This document shows positions 25,901-37,900 of a stretch of DNA of 64,000 nt, one piece after another. The stretch comes from Bilabrum cf. latius (lineage: Eukaryota), in NCBI GenBank assembly GCA_965178125.1, contig OZ237735.1:868001-932000 (forward strand). The letters are read 5' to 3'. The notes beneath the pieces are model-generated. The model did not search any database. It was not told where the DNA came from and saw only the letters and a program-made list of their open reading frames with translations. The translations under genes were made by a program, and so were the position numbers. How positions within the stretch are numbered: the stretch's first letter is position 1; each line of letters begins with the position of its first letter.

Positions 25901-28900
25901 ACCGCTGCTGCCCACGTGCGCCGCGCCGCTACGCAGCACCAGCCCGCCCGACGGGCCGCCGGAGCTCACGCCCGATCCCACCGTCACCGACCCAGACCCG
26001 GAGCTTGACGCAGACCCGGACTCCAGACTCACAGACCCAGACGACCCCTTCACGCCAGACCCAGATGACACTGACACTGACCCAGACGTGCCCGACCCTG
26101 CAAGCCCGCTGCCCACTGTCACGCTCCCGCTCAGACCCGCCGTGGACTTGCCAGATACCACCGACACCGTGCCCGACGCTCCGTCAGACCCCACGCCATC
26201 CGCCGACCGCACCGTCACCAGCCCGCTCGTGGCCACGCTGGCGCCCACGCCAGATGCCACGGACACCAGCCCGCCCGTGCTGGACGTGTCCGCCGACTCA
26301 CCGCCGAACACGTACACCGATCCGCCCACGCCCGATGACGCCTTCGAAGACGTCACTGACACAGACCCAGACGCGCCCAGCGAGGACTCGCCGGCCGACA
26401 GCACCAGCCATCCCACAGACCCGGACCCCACGTTCCCGGACTCCACCAACACATGACCGCTGCTGCCCACGTGCGCCGCGCCGCTACGCAGCACCAGCCC
26501 GCCCGACGGGCCGCCGGAGCTCACGCCCGATCCCACCGTCACCGACCCAGACCCGGAGCTTGACGCAGACCCGGACTCCAGACTCACAGACCCAGACGAC
26601 CCCTTCACGCCAGACCCAGACCCCACTGACACTGACCCAGACGTGCCCGACCCTGCAAGCCCGCTGCCCACTGTCACGCTCCCGCTCAGACCCGCCGTGG
26701 ACTTGCCAGATACAACCGACACCGTGCCCGACGCTCCGTCAGACCCCACGCCATCCGCCGACCGCACCGTCACCAGCCCGCTCGTGGCCTCGCTGGCGCC
26801 CACGCCAGATGCCACGGACACCAGCCCGCCCGTGCTCGACGTGTCCGTCGACTCACCGCCGAACACGTACACCGACCCGCCCACGCCCGATGACGCCTTC
26901 GAAGACGTCACTGACACAGACCCAGACGCGCCCAGCGAGGACTCGCCGGCCGACAGCACCAGCCATCCCACAGACCCGGACCCCACGTTCCCGGACTCCA
27001 CCAACACATGACCGCTGCTGCCCACGTGCGCCGCGCCGCTACGCAGCACCAGCCCGCCCGACGGGCCGCCGGAGCTCACGCCCGATCCCACCGTCACCGA
27101 CCCAGACCCGGAGCTTGACGCAGACCCGGACTCCAGACTCACAGACCCAGACGACCCCTTCACGCCAGACCCAGACCCCACTGACACTGACCCGGACTCG
27201 CCCACCGTCGCAGACCCAGACCCCACTGACACTGACCCAGACGTGCCCGACCCTGCAAGCCCGCTGCCCACTGTCACGCTCCCGCTCAGACCCGCCGTGG
27301 ACTTGCCAGATACCACCGACACCGTGCCCGACGCTCCGTCAGACCCCACGCCATCCGCCGACCGCACCGTCACCAGCCCGCTCGTGGCCACGCTGGCGCC
27401 CACGCCAGATGCCACGGACACCAGCCCGCCCGTGCTCGACGTGTCCGTCGACTCACCGCCGAACACGTACACCGACCCGCCCACGCCCGATGACGCCTTC
27501 GAAGACGTCACTGACACAGACCCAGACGCGCCCAGCGAGGACTCGCCGGCCGACAGCACCAGCCATCCCACAGACCCGGACCCCACGTTCCCGGACTCCA
27601 CCAACACATGACCGCTGCTGCCCACGTGCGCCGCGCCGCTACGCAGCACCAGCCCGCCCGACGGGCCGCCGGAGCTCACGCCCGATCCCACCGTCACCGA
27701 CCCAGACCCGGAGCTTGACGCAGACCCGGACTCCAGACTCACAGACCCAGACGACCCCTTCACGCCAGACCCAGACCCCACTGACACTGACCCAGACGTG
27801 CCCGACCCTGCAAGCCCGCTGCCCACTGTCACGCTCCCGCTCAGACCTGCCGTGGACTTGCCAGTTACCACCGACACCGTGCCCGACGCTCCGGCAGACC
27901 CCACGCCATCCGCCGACCGCACCGTCACCAGCCCGCTCGTGGCCTCGCTGGCGCCCACGCCAGATGCCACGGACACCAGCCCGCCCGTGCTGGACGTGTC
28001 CGTCGACTCACCGCCGAACACGTACACCGACCCGCCCACGCCCGATGACGCCTTCGAAGACGTCACTGACACAGACCCAGACGCGCCCAGCGAGGACTCG
28101 CCGGCCGACAGCACCAGCCATCCTACAGACCCGGACCCCACGTTCCCGGACTCCACCAACACATGACCGCTGCTGCCCACGTGCGCCGCGCCGCTACGCA
28201 GCACCAGCCCGCCCGACGGGCCGCCGGAGCTCACGCCCGATCCCACCGTCACCGACCCAGACCCGGAGCTTGACGCAGACCCGGACTCCAGACTCACAGA
28301 CCCAGACGACCCCTTCACGCCAGACCCAGACCCCACTGACACTGACCCAGACGTGCCCGACCCTGCAAGCCCGCTGCCCACTGTCACGCTCCCGCTCAGA
28401 CCCGCCGTGGACTTGCCAGATACAACCGACACCGTGCCCGACGCTCCGTCAGACCCCACGCCATCCGCCGACCGCACCGTCACCAGCCCGCTCGTGGCCT
28501 CGCTGGCGCCCACGCCAGATGCCACGGACACCAGCCCGCCCGTGCTGGACGTGTCCGTCGACTCACCGCCGAACACGTACACCGACCCGCCCACGCCCGA
28601 TGACGCCTTCGAAGACGTCACTGACACAGACCCAGACGCGCCCAGCGAGGACTCGCCGGCCGACAGCACCAGCCATCCCACAGACCCGGACCCCACGTTC
28701 CCGGACTCCACCAACACATGACCGCTGCTGCCCACGTGCGCCGCGCCGCTACGCAGCACCAGCCCGCCCGACGGGCCGCCGGAGCTCACGCCCGATCCCA
28801 CCGTCACCGACCCAGACCCGGAGCTTGACGCAGACCCGGACTCCAGACTCACAGACCCAGACGACCCCTTCACGCCAGACCCAGACCCCACTGACACTGA

Positions 28901-31900
28901 CCCAGACGTGCCCGACCCTGCAAGCCCGCTGCCCACTGTCACGCTCCCGCTCAGACCCGCCGTGGACTTGCCAGATACCACCGACACCGTGCCCGACGCT
29001 CCGGCAGACCCCACGCCATCCGCCGACCGCACCGTCACCAGCCCGCTCGTGGCCTCGCTGGCGCCCACGCCAGATGCCACGGACACCAGCCCGCCCGTGC
29101 TGGACGTGTCCGTCGACTCACCGCCGAACACGTACACCGACCCGCCCACGCCCGATGACGCCTTCGAAGACGTCACTGACACAGACCCAGACGCGCCCAG
29201 CGAGGACTCGCCGGCCGACAGCACCAGCCATCCCACAGACCCGGACCCCACGTTCCCGGACTCCACCAACACATGACCGCTGCTGCCCACGTGCGCCGCG
29301 CCGCTACGCAGCACCAGCCCGCCCGACGGGCCGCCGGAGCTCACGCCCGATCCCACCGTCACCGACCCAGACCCGGAGCTTGACGCAGACCCGGACTCCA
29401 GACTCACAGACCCAGACGACCCCTTCACGCCAGACCCAGATGACACTGACACTGACCCAGACGTGCCCGACGTCGCAGACCCAGACCCCACTGACACTGA
29501 CCCAGACGTGCCCGACCCTGCAAGCCCGCTGCCCACTGTCACGCTCCCGCTCAGACCCGCCGTGGACTTGCCAGATACCACCGACACCGTGCCCGACGCT
29601 CCGGCAGACCCCACGCCATCCGCCGACCGCACCGTCACCAGCCCGCTCGTGGCCTCGCTGGCGCCCACGCCAGATGCCACGGACACCAGCCCGCCCGTGC
29701 TGGACGTGTCCGTCGACTCACCGCCGAACACGTACACCGACCCGCCCACGCCCGATGACGCCTTCGAAGACGTCACTGACACAGACCCAGACGCGCCCAG
29801 CGAGGACTCGCCGGCCGACAGCACCAGCCATCCCACAGACCCGGACCCCACGTTCCCGGACTCCACCAACACATGACCGCTGCTGCCCACGTGCGCCGCG
29901 CCGCTACGCAGCACCAGCCCGCCCGACGGGCCGCCGGAGCTCACGCCCGATCCCACCGTCACCGACCCAGACCCGGAGCTTGACGCAGACCCGGACTCCA
30001 GACTCACAGACCCAGACGACCCCTTCACGCCAGACCCAGACCCCACTGACACTGACCCAGACGTGCCCGACCCTGCAAGCCCGCTGCCCACTGTCACGCT
30101 CCCGCTCAGACCCGCCGTGGACTTGCCAGATACCACCGACACCGTGCCCGACGCTCCGTCAGACCCCACGCCATCCGCCGACCGCACCGTCACCAGCCCG
30201 CTCGTGGCCTCGCTGGCGCCCACGCCAGATGCCACGGACACCAGCCCGCCCGTGCTGGACGTGTCCGTCGACTCACCGCCGAACACGTACACCGACCCGC
30301 CCACGCCCGATGACGCCTTCGAAGACGTCACTGACACAGACCCAGACGCGCCCAGCGAGGACTCGCCGGCCGACAGCACCAGCCATCCCACAGACCCGGA
30401 CCCCACGTTCCCGGACTCCACCAACACATGACCGCTGCTGCCCACGTGCGCCGCGCCGCTACGCAGCACCAGCCCGCCCGACGGGCCGCCGGAGCTCACG
30501 CCCGATCCCACCGTCACCGACCCAGACCCGGAGCTTGACGCAGACCCGGACTCCAGACTCACAGACCCAGACGACCCCTTCACGCCAGACCCAGACCCCA
30601 CTGACACTGACCCGGACTCGCCCACCGTCGCAGACCCAGACCCCACTGACACTGACCCAGACGTGCCCGACCCTGCAAGCCCGCTGCCCACTGTCACGCT
30701 CCCGCTCAGACCCGCCGTGGACTTGCCAGATACCACCGACACCGTGCCCGACGCTCCGGCAGACCCCACGCCATCCGCCGACCGCACCGTCACCAGCCCG
30801 CTCGTGGCCTCGCTGGCGCCCACGCCAGATGCCACGGACACCAGCCCGCCCGTGCTGGACGTGTCCGTCGACTCACCGCCGAACACGTACACCGACCCGC
30901 CCACGCCCGATGACGCCTTCGAAGACGTCACTGACACAGACCCAGACGCGCCCAGCGAGGACTCGCCGGCCGACAGCACCAGCCATCCCACAGACCCGGA
31001 CCCCACGTTCCCGGACTCCACCAACACATGACCGCTGCTGCCCACGTGCGCCGCGCCGCTACGCAGCACCAGCCCGCCCGACGGGCCGCCGGAGCTCACG
31101 CCCGATCCCACCGTCACCGACCCAGACCCGGAGCTTGACGCAGACCCGGACTCCAGACTCACAGACCCAGACGACCCCTTCACGCCAGACCCAGACCCCA
31201 CTGACACTGACCCAGACGTGCCCGACCCTGCAAGCCCGCTGCCCACTGTCACGCTCCCGCTCAGACCCGCCGTGGACTTGCCAGATACCACCGACACCGT
31301 GCCCGACGCTCCGGCAGACCCCACGCCATCCGCCGACCGCACCGTCACCAGCCCGCTCGTGGCCTCGCTGGCGCCCACGCCAGATGCCACGGACACCAGC
31401 CCGCCCGTGCTGGACGTGTCCGTCGACTCACCGCCGAACACGTACACCGACCCGCCCACGCCCGATGACGCCTTCGAAGACGTCACTGACACAGACCCAG
31501 ACGCGCCCAGCGAGGACTCGCCGGCCGACAGCACCAGCCATCCCACAGACCCGGACCCCACGTTCCCGGACTCCACCAACACATGACCGCTGCTGCCCAC
31601 GTGCGCCGCGCCGCTACGCAGCACCAGCCCGCCCGACGGGCCGCCGGAGCTCACGCCCGATCCCACCGTCACCGACCCAGACCCGGAGCTTGACGTAGGC
31701 CCGGATTGTAGTCGTACTTCGCCAGATGCCTGTTGTATTAGATCACTTGATGACATGATGGAGACTGATCCGGCAGCAGCGCCAGTCCCAGTTGATAGAA
31801 TTATGGCTCCCGATGAAGTAGTCCCACTTCCAGTCTGAATGTTTATATTCCCGCTGGCCCCGCTGCTCGCAGTTCCGGTTGCAAGTGAGACCGAACCAGT

Positions 31901-34900
31901 TGGGCCTAGTGTGGACGCACCCGTTGACACTGAGACCGCACCTGACGTAGCCGCCGGTCCAAGTGCCTGATGCGTCAAAATTGCGATTCCTCCGCTTGTT
32001 CCAGTACTCTCGGATCTACCGCTGATGACCTAAACAGCCCCACCATTTGCTGCGGATGCCGTAGCAGCTCCAGCGTTTATCTCGATATTGGCGCCAACCC
32101 CAGTTCCGGATGTGCCTGCAGCTAAAAGAACCTTGCCTGCTGCACCCCCAGTAGTAGATCCAGTGCCCAACGTGAGCTGTCCAGACGACCCTGCGGTAGC
32201 ATCTCCGGTTTCGATCGCAATAGCCCCTGACGATCTCGAAATACCCGACTGGATGTTGACAACCCCAGAGGATGTGCTTCCACCAGCCGTCTAGAGCTGA
32301 AGTTCACCACCGGAACCAGATGATGATGAACCAGATACAACCGAAACAATTCCACCACTGCCAGAGTTGGTGCCACCAGAGGCAATAGACACAGCTGCAG
32401 CCGCACCATCTATTGATGAGCCGGCAACCAGACTGACATCACCAGCACTACCGCTAGTTCCGGTTCCTGAGGCAATCGCAACATCGCCAGACCCACCTAC
32501 GGCCCCACCCATGCCTGACGATATTTGAATACTGCCGGAGTCACCTCCATTCACAGAGTTTCCACTTCCGGAAAGCAGTGATACATGCCCACCAGTCGGT
32601 TGAGCAGAGGCATCTGATCCACCAACTCCCGCAGAGAGAACAATGGAGCCCCCAGCTCCTGCGACACCATTATTGCTTGCACCTGCCCCACCATAGATGA
32701 GAACAGCGCCACCAGATCCAGTTCCACCAACGCCAGCATCAACCAAAACGTTGCCGCCGCTTCCAACAACAGATGAACCAATAACAAGCGAAATATCGCC
32801 TGCTTGGGACGACCCCACGGAAGAGCCGACCTACGCAACCAAATCACCAGTACCGGCTCCTTGACCTGATCGCAGATACAAACTACCCGACGCTGCGGAT
32901 GAAAGCCCACTAGAAAAATACACATCACCAGAATCACCAGATACTGCTGACCCACTGCCAACACTGACTTCTCCGGATGAACCACCAGCCAAACCAGATC
33001 TAAGCCAAATAGAACCAGACAAAGACCTTGATCCTGCCCCTGTCGTCAAACTCAAAGCTCCAGATACCCCGCTAGACGTCGACCCAGACCCCACTGACAC
33101 TGACCCAGACGTGCCCGACCCTACAAGCCCGCTGCCCACTGTCACGCTCCCGCTCAGACCCGCCGTGGACTTGCCAGATACCACCGACACCGTGCCCGAC
33201 GCTCCGTCAGACCCCACGCCATCCGCCGACCGCACCGTCACCAGCCCGCTCGTGGCCTCGCTGGCGCCCACGCCAGATGCCACGGACACCAGCCCGCCCG
33301 TGCTGGACGTGTCCGTCGACTCACCGCCGAACACGTACACCGACCCGCCCACGCCCGATGACGCCTTCGAAGACGTCACTGACACAGACCCAGACGCGCC
33401 CAGCGAGGACTCGCCGGCCGACAGCACCAGCCATCCCACAGACCCGGACCCCACGTTCCCGGACTCCACCAACACATGACCGCTGCTGCCCAAAACGCTA
33501 GACCCGGTGCCCATACGCAGCGACCCAGTCGACCCGGACCAAGCCGACCCAGTCAGCAGTGATCCTGACCCACTGCTGCCCACGTGCGCCGCGCCGCTAC
33601 GCAGCACCAGCCCGCCCGACGGGCCGCCGGAGCTCACGCCCGATCCCACCGTCACCGACCCAGACCCGGAGCTTGACGCAGACCCGGACTCCAGACTCAC
33701 AGACCCAGACGATCCCTTCACGCCAGACCCAGATGACACAGACACTGACCCGGACTCGCCCACCGTCGCAGACCCAGACCCCACTGACACTGACCCAGAC
33801 GTGCCCGACCCTGCAAGCCCGCTGCCCACTGTCACGCTCCCGCTCAGACCCGCCGTGGACTTGCCAGATACCACCGACACCGTGCCCGACGCTCCGGCAG
33901 ACCCCACGCCATCCGCCGACCGCACCGTCACCAGCCCGCTCGTGGCCTCGCTGGCGCCCACGCCAGATGCCACGGACACCAGCCCGCCCGTGCTGGACGT
34001 GTCCGTCGACTCACCGCCGAACACGTACACCGACCCGCCCACGCCCGATGACGCCTTCGAAGACGTCACTGACACAGACCCAGACGCGCCCAGCGAGGAC
34101 TCGCCGGCCGACAGCACCAGCCATCCCACAGACCCGGACCCCACGTTCCCGGACTCCACCAACACATGACCGCTGCTGCCCACATGCGCCGCGCCGCTAC
34201 GCAGCACCAGCCCGCCCGACGGGCCGCCGGAGCTCACGCCCGATCCCACCGTCACCGACCCAGACCCGGAGCTTGACGCAGACCCGGACTCCAGACTCAC
34301 AGACCCAGACGACCCCTTCACGCCAGACCCAGATGACACAGACACAGACCCGGACTCGCCTACCGTCGCAGACCCAGACCCCACTGACACTGACCCAGAC
34401 GTGCCCGACCCTGCAAGCCCGCTGCCCACTGTCACGCTCCCGCTCAGACCCGCCGTGGACTTGCCAGATACCACCGACACCGTGCCCGACGCTCCGGCAG
34501 ACCCCACGCCATCCGCCGACCGCACCGTCACCAGCCCGCTCGTGGCCTCGCTGGCGCCCACGCCAGATGCCACGGACACCAGCCCGCCCGTGCTGGACGT
34601 GTCCGTCGACTCACCGCCAAACACGTACACCGACCCGCCCACGCCCGATGACGCCTTCGAAGACGTCACTGACACAGACCCAGACGTGCCCAGCGAGGAC
34701 TCGCCGGCCGACAGCACCAGCCATCCCACAGACCCGGACCCCACGTTCCCGGACTCCACCAACACATGACCGCTGCTGCCCACGTGCGCCGCGCCGCTAC
34801 GCAGCACCAGCCCGCCCGACGGGCCGCCGGAGCTCACGCCCGATCCCACCGTCACCGACCCAGACCCGGAGCTTGACGCAGACCCGGACTCCAGACTCAC

Positions 34901-37900
34901 AGACCCAGACGACCCCTTCACGCCAGACCCAGACCCCACTGACACTGACCCGGACTCGCCCACCGTCGCAGACCCAGACCCCACTGACACTGACCCAGAC
35001 GTGCCCGACCCTGCAAGCCCGCTGCCCACTGTCACGCTCCCGCTCAGACCCGCCGTGGACTTGCCAGATACCACCGACACCGTGCCCGACGCTCCGTCAG
35101 ACCCCACGCCATCCGCCGACCGCACCGTCACCAGCCCGCTCGTGGCCTCGCTGGCGCCCACGCCAGATGCCACGGACACCAGCCCGCCCGTGCTCGACGT
35201 GTCCGCCGACTCACCGCCGAACACGTACACCGACCCGCCCACGCCCGATGACGCCTTCGAAGACGTCACTGACACAGACCCAGACGCGCCCAGCGAGGAC
35301 TCGCCGGCCGACAGCACCAGCCATCCCACAGACCCGGACCCCACGTTCCCGGACTCCACCAACACATGGCCGCTGCTGCCCACGTGCGCCGCGCCGCTAC
35401 GCAGCACCAGCCCGCCCGACGGGCCGCCGGAGCTCACGCCCGATCCCACCGTCACCGACCCAGACCCGGAGCTTGACGCAGACCCGGACTCCAGACTCAC
35501 AGACCCAGACGACCCCTTCACGCCAGACCCAGATGACACAGACACTGACCCAGACGTGCCCGACCCTGCAAGCCCGCTGCCCACTGTCACGCTCCCGCTC
35601 AGACCCGCCGTGGACTTGCCAGATACCACCGACACCGTGCCCGACGCTCCGTCAGACCCCACGCCATCCGCCGACCGCACCGTCACCAGCCCGCTCGTGG
35701 CATCGCTGGCGCCCACGCCAGATGCCACGGACACCAGCCCGCCCGTGCTCGACGTGTCCGTCGACTCACCGCCGAACACGTACACCGACCCGCCCACGCC
35801 CGATGACGCCTTCGAAGACGTCACTGACACAGACCCAGACGCGCCCAGCGAGGACTCGCCGGCCGACAGCACCAGCCATCCCACAGACCCGGACCCCACG
35901 TTCCCGGACTCCACCAACACATGGCCGCTGCTGCCCACGTGCGCCGCGCCGCTACGCAGCACCAGCCCGCCCGACGGGCCGCCGGAGCTCACGCCCGATC
36001 CCACCGTCACCGACCCAGACCCGGAGCTTGACGCAGACCCGGACTCCAGACTCACAGACCCAGACGATCCCTTCACGCCAGACCCAGATGACACAGACAC
36101 AGACCCGGACTCGCCCACCGTCGCAGACCCAGACCCCACTGACACTGACCCAGACGTGCCCGACCCTGCAAGCCCGCTGCCCACTGTCACGCTCCCGCTC
36201 AGACCCGCCGTGGACTTGCCAGATACCACCGACACCGTGCCCGACGCTCCGTCAGACCCCACGCCATCCGCCGACCGCACCGTCACCAGCCCGCTCGTGG
36301 CCTCGCTGGCGCCCACGCCAGATGCCACGGACACCAGCCCGCCCGTGCTCGACGTGTCCGTCGACTCACCGCCGAACACGTACACCGACCCGCCCACGCC
36401 CGATGACGCCTTCGAAGACGTCACTGACACAGACCCAGACGCGCCCAGCGAGGACTCGCCGGCCGACAGCACCAGCCATCCCACAGACCCGGACCCCACG
36501 TTCCCGGACTCCACCAACACATGACCGCTGCTGCCCACATGCGCCGCGCCGCTACGCAGCACCAGCCCGCCCGACGGGCCGCCGGAGCTCACGCCCGATC
36601 CCACCGTCACCGACCCAGACCCGGAGCTTGACGCAGACCCGGACTCCAGACTCACAGACCCAGACGACCCCTTCACGCCAGACCCAGATGACACAGACAC
36701 AGACCCGGACTCGCCCACCGTCGCAGACCCAGACCCCACTGACACTGACCCAGACGTGCCCGACCCTGCAAGCCCGCTGCCCACTGTCACGCTCCCGCTC
36801 AGACCCGCCGTGGACTTGCCAGATACCACCGACACCGTGCCCGACGCTCCGTCAGACCCCACGCCATCCGCCGACCGCACCGTCACCAGCCCGCTCGTGG
36901 CCTCGCTGGCGCCCACGCCAGATGCCACGGACACCAGCCCGCCCGTGCTCGACGTGTCCGTCGACTCACCGCCAAACACGTACACCGACCCGCCCACGCC
37001 CGATGACGCCTTCGAAGACGTCACTGACACAGACCCAGACGCGCCCAGCGAGGACTCGCCGGCCGACAGCACCAGCCATCCCACAGACCCGGACCCCACG
37101 TTCCCGGACTCCACCAACACATGGCCGCTGCTGCCCACGTGCGCCGCGCCGCTACGCAGCACCAGCCCGCCCGACGGGCCGCCGGAGCTCACGCCCGATC
37201 CCACCGTCACCGACCCAGACCCGGAGCTTGACGCAGACCCGGACTCCAGACTCACAGACCCAGACGACCCCTTCACGCCAGACCCAGATGACACAGACAC
37301 AGACCCGGACTCGCCCACCGTCGCAGACCCAGACCCCACTGACACTGACCCAGACGTGCCCGACCCTGCAAGCCCGCTGCCCACTGTCACGCTCCCGCTC
37401 AGACCCGCCGTGGACTTGCCAGATACCACCGACACCGTGCCCGACGCTCCGTCAGACCCCACGCCATCCGCCGACCGCACCGTCACCAGCCCGCTCGTGG
37501 CCTCGCTGGCGCCCACGCCAGATGCCACGGATACCAGCCCGCCCGTGCTCGACGTGTCCGTCGACTCACCGCCGAACACGTACACCGACCCGCCCACGCC
37601 CGATGACGCCTTCGAAGACGTCACTGACACAGACCCAGACGCGCCCAGCGAGGACTCGCCGGCCGACAGCACCAGCCATCCCACAGACCCGGACCCCACG
37701 TTCCCGGACTCCACCAACACATGGCCGCTGCTGCCCACGTGCGCCGCGCCGCTACGCAGCACCAGCCCGCCCGACGGGCCGCCGGAGCTCACGCCCGATC
37801 CCACCGTCACCGACCCAGACCCGGAGCTTGACGCAGACCCGGACTCCAGACTCACAGACCCCGACGACCCCTTCACGCCAGACCCAGACCCCACTGACAC

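Noticed and set aside
197-32833. Cluster of pseudogenes or sequencing errors
   Set aside because: All 27 interruptions are TAG, with no TAA, TGA or frameshift. Motifs are intact and one TAG is preserved in both copies of an old duplication.
356-32833. Programmed readthrough, pyrrolysine, or A-to-I editing of UAG to Trp
   Set aside because: No shared 3' context such as CARYYA, several TAGs per gene, a eukaryotic context with no pyl genes, and Trp fits poorly at the polar strand positions.
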